Positions 48,610-50,279 of a stretch of 50,279 nucleotides of DNA are shown here, one piece after another. The stretch comes from Promethearchaeota archaeon (GTDB lineage: Archaea; Asgardarchaeota; Lokiarchaeia; Sigyniarchaeales; SOKP01): assembly GCA_048941285.1 (NCBI GenBank), contig JBHLNS010000022.1:1-50279 (forward strand), given 5' to 3'. How positions within the stretch are numbered: the first letter of the stretch is position 1; every line of letters starts with the position of its first letter. The notes under the pieces are model-generated. The model ran no database searches and was not told where the DNA came from. It saw nothing but the letters and a program-made list of their open reading frames with translations. A program made the position numbers and the translations under genes.

Positions 48610-49779
48610 TCAATTATTTATTTTAGCGATAAAATCTTTTGATGGCATTTCTCCAAAAGCGAATAAGTTAACAACTTGTTCCCTAAATTTTGAGTCGATC
48701 TCAGATATTTCAAGCATTTTATTTAGATTTCTGCCTTCATTTTCGTAAAAAAAATTGATCATTGAAGATTTTTGTTTGAAATTCCTAATAATTTTTTTGA
48801 TTTCTTGATTAGTTCTATACATCTTTAAACTGGGTTTCGAATAATCTTCATCTTCTAATGCTTTGATAGCTGTTTCTGCAGCAATCCTACCAGAGATTAC
48901 GGCCGTTTGAATTCCTTCACCACTTATGGGAGAAACAAAACCTCCAGCATCGCCTATAAGCATTAAATTATCATCATATAGGCTTTTTTCCAAGACTCCT
49001 TCAGCAGGAAAAGAATATGAACTTGACCATATAATCTCGTTATTCGAGCTTGGAATATATTTTTTAACATTTGGATTACTAATAAACTCTTTATAGGCTT
49101 TATGAATATTATATTTTAAGTTATCCTTACCAAATGTAAACAAGCCAATATTGAACCGGCGATTATTTAATGGGAATATCCAACCATAACCTTGATATGG
49201 TTTAAAGTATACATATACACTTTCTTCATCTAATTGATGAGTTCCCTCCATAATTTCGCATTTTCCAATTGCTAATTCGTTAACTTTCCATTTTGGTCTT
49301 ATTCCTGATTTTACCGCTAATTTAGAACTCATACCATCAGCAACTATAATAATATTTCCATGAAATTCCTTGTAACCATTTATTGTTTTGGTGTTTATGC
49401 CAACTTTTTTTTGATTTTTATTAATGAAATCAAAGGATAAATTGTGAGCAAAAAGTTCTGCTCCGGCATCAATTGCTGCATCTCTCATTATATTATCGAG
49501 TTCTAATCTATCCATTATTATGGAATATTCACTACTAGATCCCTTAAATTCTAGTCTATGATAATCTGCGGAATACATTACAACTCCCCGTATTTTAGGA
49601 ACGGCTAATTTTTTCAAATCGGGGTATAGATCTACAACACTAGAATGAACAGCACCACCACATGGTTTCCGCCAATTCACATTTTTTTCAATTAAGGCAA
49701 CTTTGAATCCAGCTTTAGCTAAAACTTCGGCACATTGCGATCCAGAAGGTCCTGCACCTGAAATTACTACATCATACAT
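48610..49779 (-). CDS. Geranylgeranyl reductase family flavoprotein
   Basis: YDVVISGAGPSG, KPCGG, ADG..S, YGWIFP, IGDAGGFVSP.SGEGI. Confidence 0.9.
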   Translation of the reverse strand: MYDVVISGAGPSGSQCAEVLAKAGFKVALIEKNVNWRKPCGGAVHSSVVDLYPDLKKLAVPKIRGVVMYSADYHRLEFKGSSSEYSIIMDRLELDNIMRDAAIDAGAELFAHNLSFDFINKNQKKVGINTKTINGYKEFHGNIIIVADGMSSKLAVKSGIRPKWKVNELAIGKCEIMEGTHQLDEESVYVYFKPYQGYGWIFPLNNRRFNIGLFTFGKDNLKYNIHKAYKEFISNPNVKKYIPSSNNEIIWSSSYSFPAEGVLEKSLYDDNLMLIGDAGGFVSPISGEGIQTAVISGRIAAETAIKALEDEDYSKPSLKMYRTNQEIKKIIRNFKQKSSMINFFYENEGRNLNKMLEISEIDSKFREQVVNLFAFGEMPSKDFIAKINN

Positions 49780-49791
49780 GATTAAAAATAA

Positions 49792-50016
49792 TTATTCCTT
49801 TCTGAATTTTATAAGTACGATAATTCCAGCACAAACCATGACAGCAACAACTGATAGAGTAGTTACTAAGACGGTGGCAATTCCAATTCTACGGGCAGCT
49901 AAGGGCATTCCCAGACGTTCCCATAAAGAAGGAAAAATAGCAAGTATTATTACGAGTGTAATAATGTTTAATCCAGCCACTCCAAATAATATAAATCCAA
50001 TATTCTTTTTTTTCAT
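49792..50016 (-). CDS. Small two-TM membrane protein
   Basis: MKKK followed by two hydrophobic helices; ends 12 nt before the GGR start. Confidence 0.6.
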   Translation of the reverse strand: MKKKNIGFILFGVAGLNIITLVIILAIFPSLWERLGMPLAARRIGIATVLVTTLSVVAVMVCAGIIVLIKFRKE

Positions 50017-50152
50017 TTTAAATAAACCTTTTAAGAGTATGAATTATGATTTTAGCTGAAACTCCATTTGAAAATAAATATTGAATATTTTATTAAACCA
50101 CCAGATTCTTCATATATAATCTTATTTAAGATTATTCCCAAACTAAATGTGT

Positions 50153-50278
50153 TCATCTCCAAAATTTTCTTAAACGTTGAGAAATAGCATCAATTTCATC
50201 TGGAACTACTTCTATTTCTTTTCTTATCCAATCCGAAATCCATTTTATTTTGGATTTAAACCGAGAGTCCAAAAAGAT
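50153..50278 (-). CDS. C-terminal end of a probable XPD/Rad3/DinG-family helicase (truncated by window edge)
   Basis: Open frame IFLDSRFKSKIKWISDWIRKEIEVVPDEIDAISQRLRKFWR* resembles the hhhDxRF...xWI tail that follows motif VI in XPD/Rad3 helicases. Confidence 0.55.
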   Translation of the reverse strand: MFLDSRFKSKIKWISDWIRKEIEVVPDEIDAISQRLRKFWR

Positions 50279-50279
50279 T

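Overview
AT-rich, gene-dense archaeal chromosomal segment, most consistent with an Asgard archaeon of the Lokiarchaeia type. This is an inference from the combination of a Rab-like small GTPase, proteasome alpha subunit, TFB, archaeal RFC, bacterial-type grpE-dnaK-dnaJ and many fatty-acid/lipid enzyme paralogs. No rRNA, tRNA, CRISPR array or transposase was recognised. Highlights: (1) a split PolB2 cassette (degenerate PolB2 + small arCOG07300-like partner + Walker-A-dead RadA-like gene) whose two halves share a 35-bp upstream motif and whose polymerase and RadA-like protein end in PIP-box-like tails; (2) a 1872-aa helical repeat protein with MIT/TPR-like three-helix units and a 369-bp tandem DNA repeat, downstream of rab, psmA and a wHTH gene; (3) an RFC operon with a degenerate second small subunit; (4) two genes that appear to need ATC/ATT start codons; (5) a lipid-processing redox cluster; (6) elements missed by the ORF track: a 36-aa zinc-finger microprotein, a PIG-L remnant and the 3' end of a probable XPD/Rad3 helicase.
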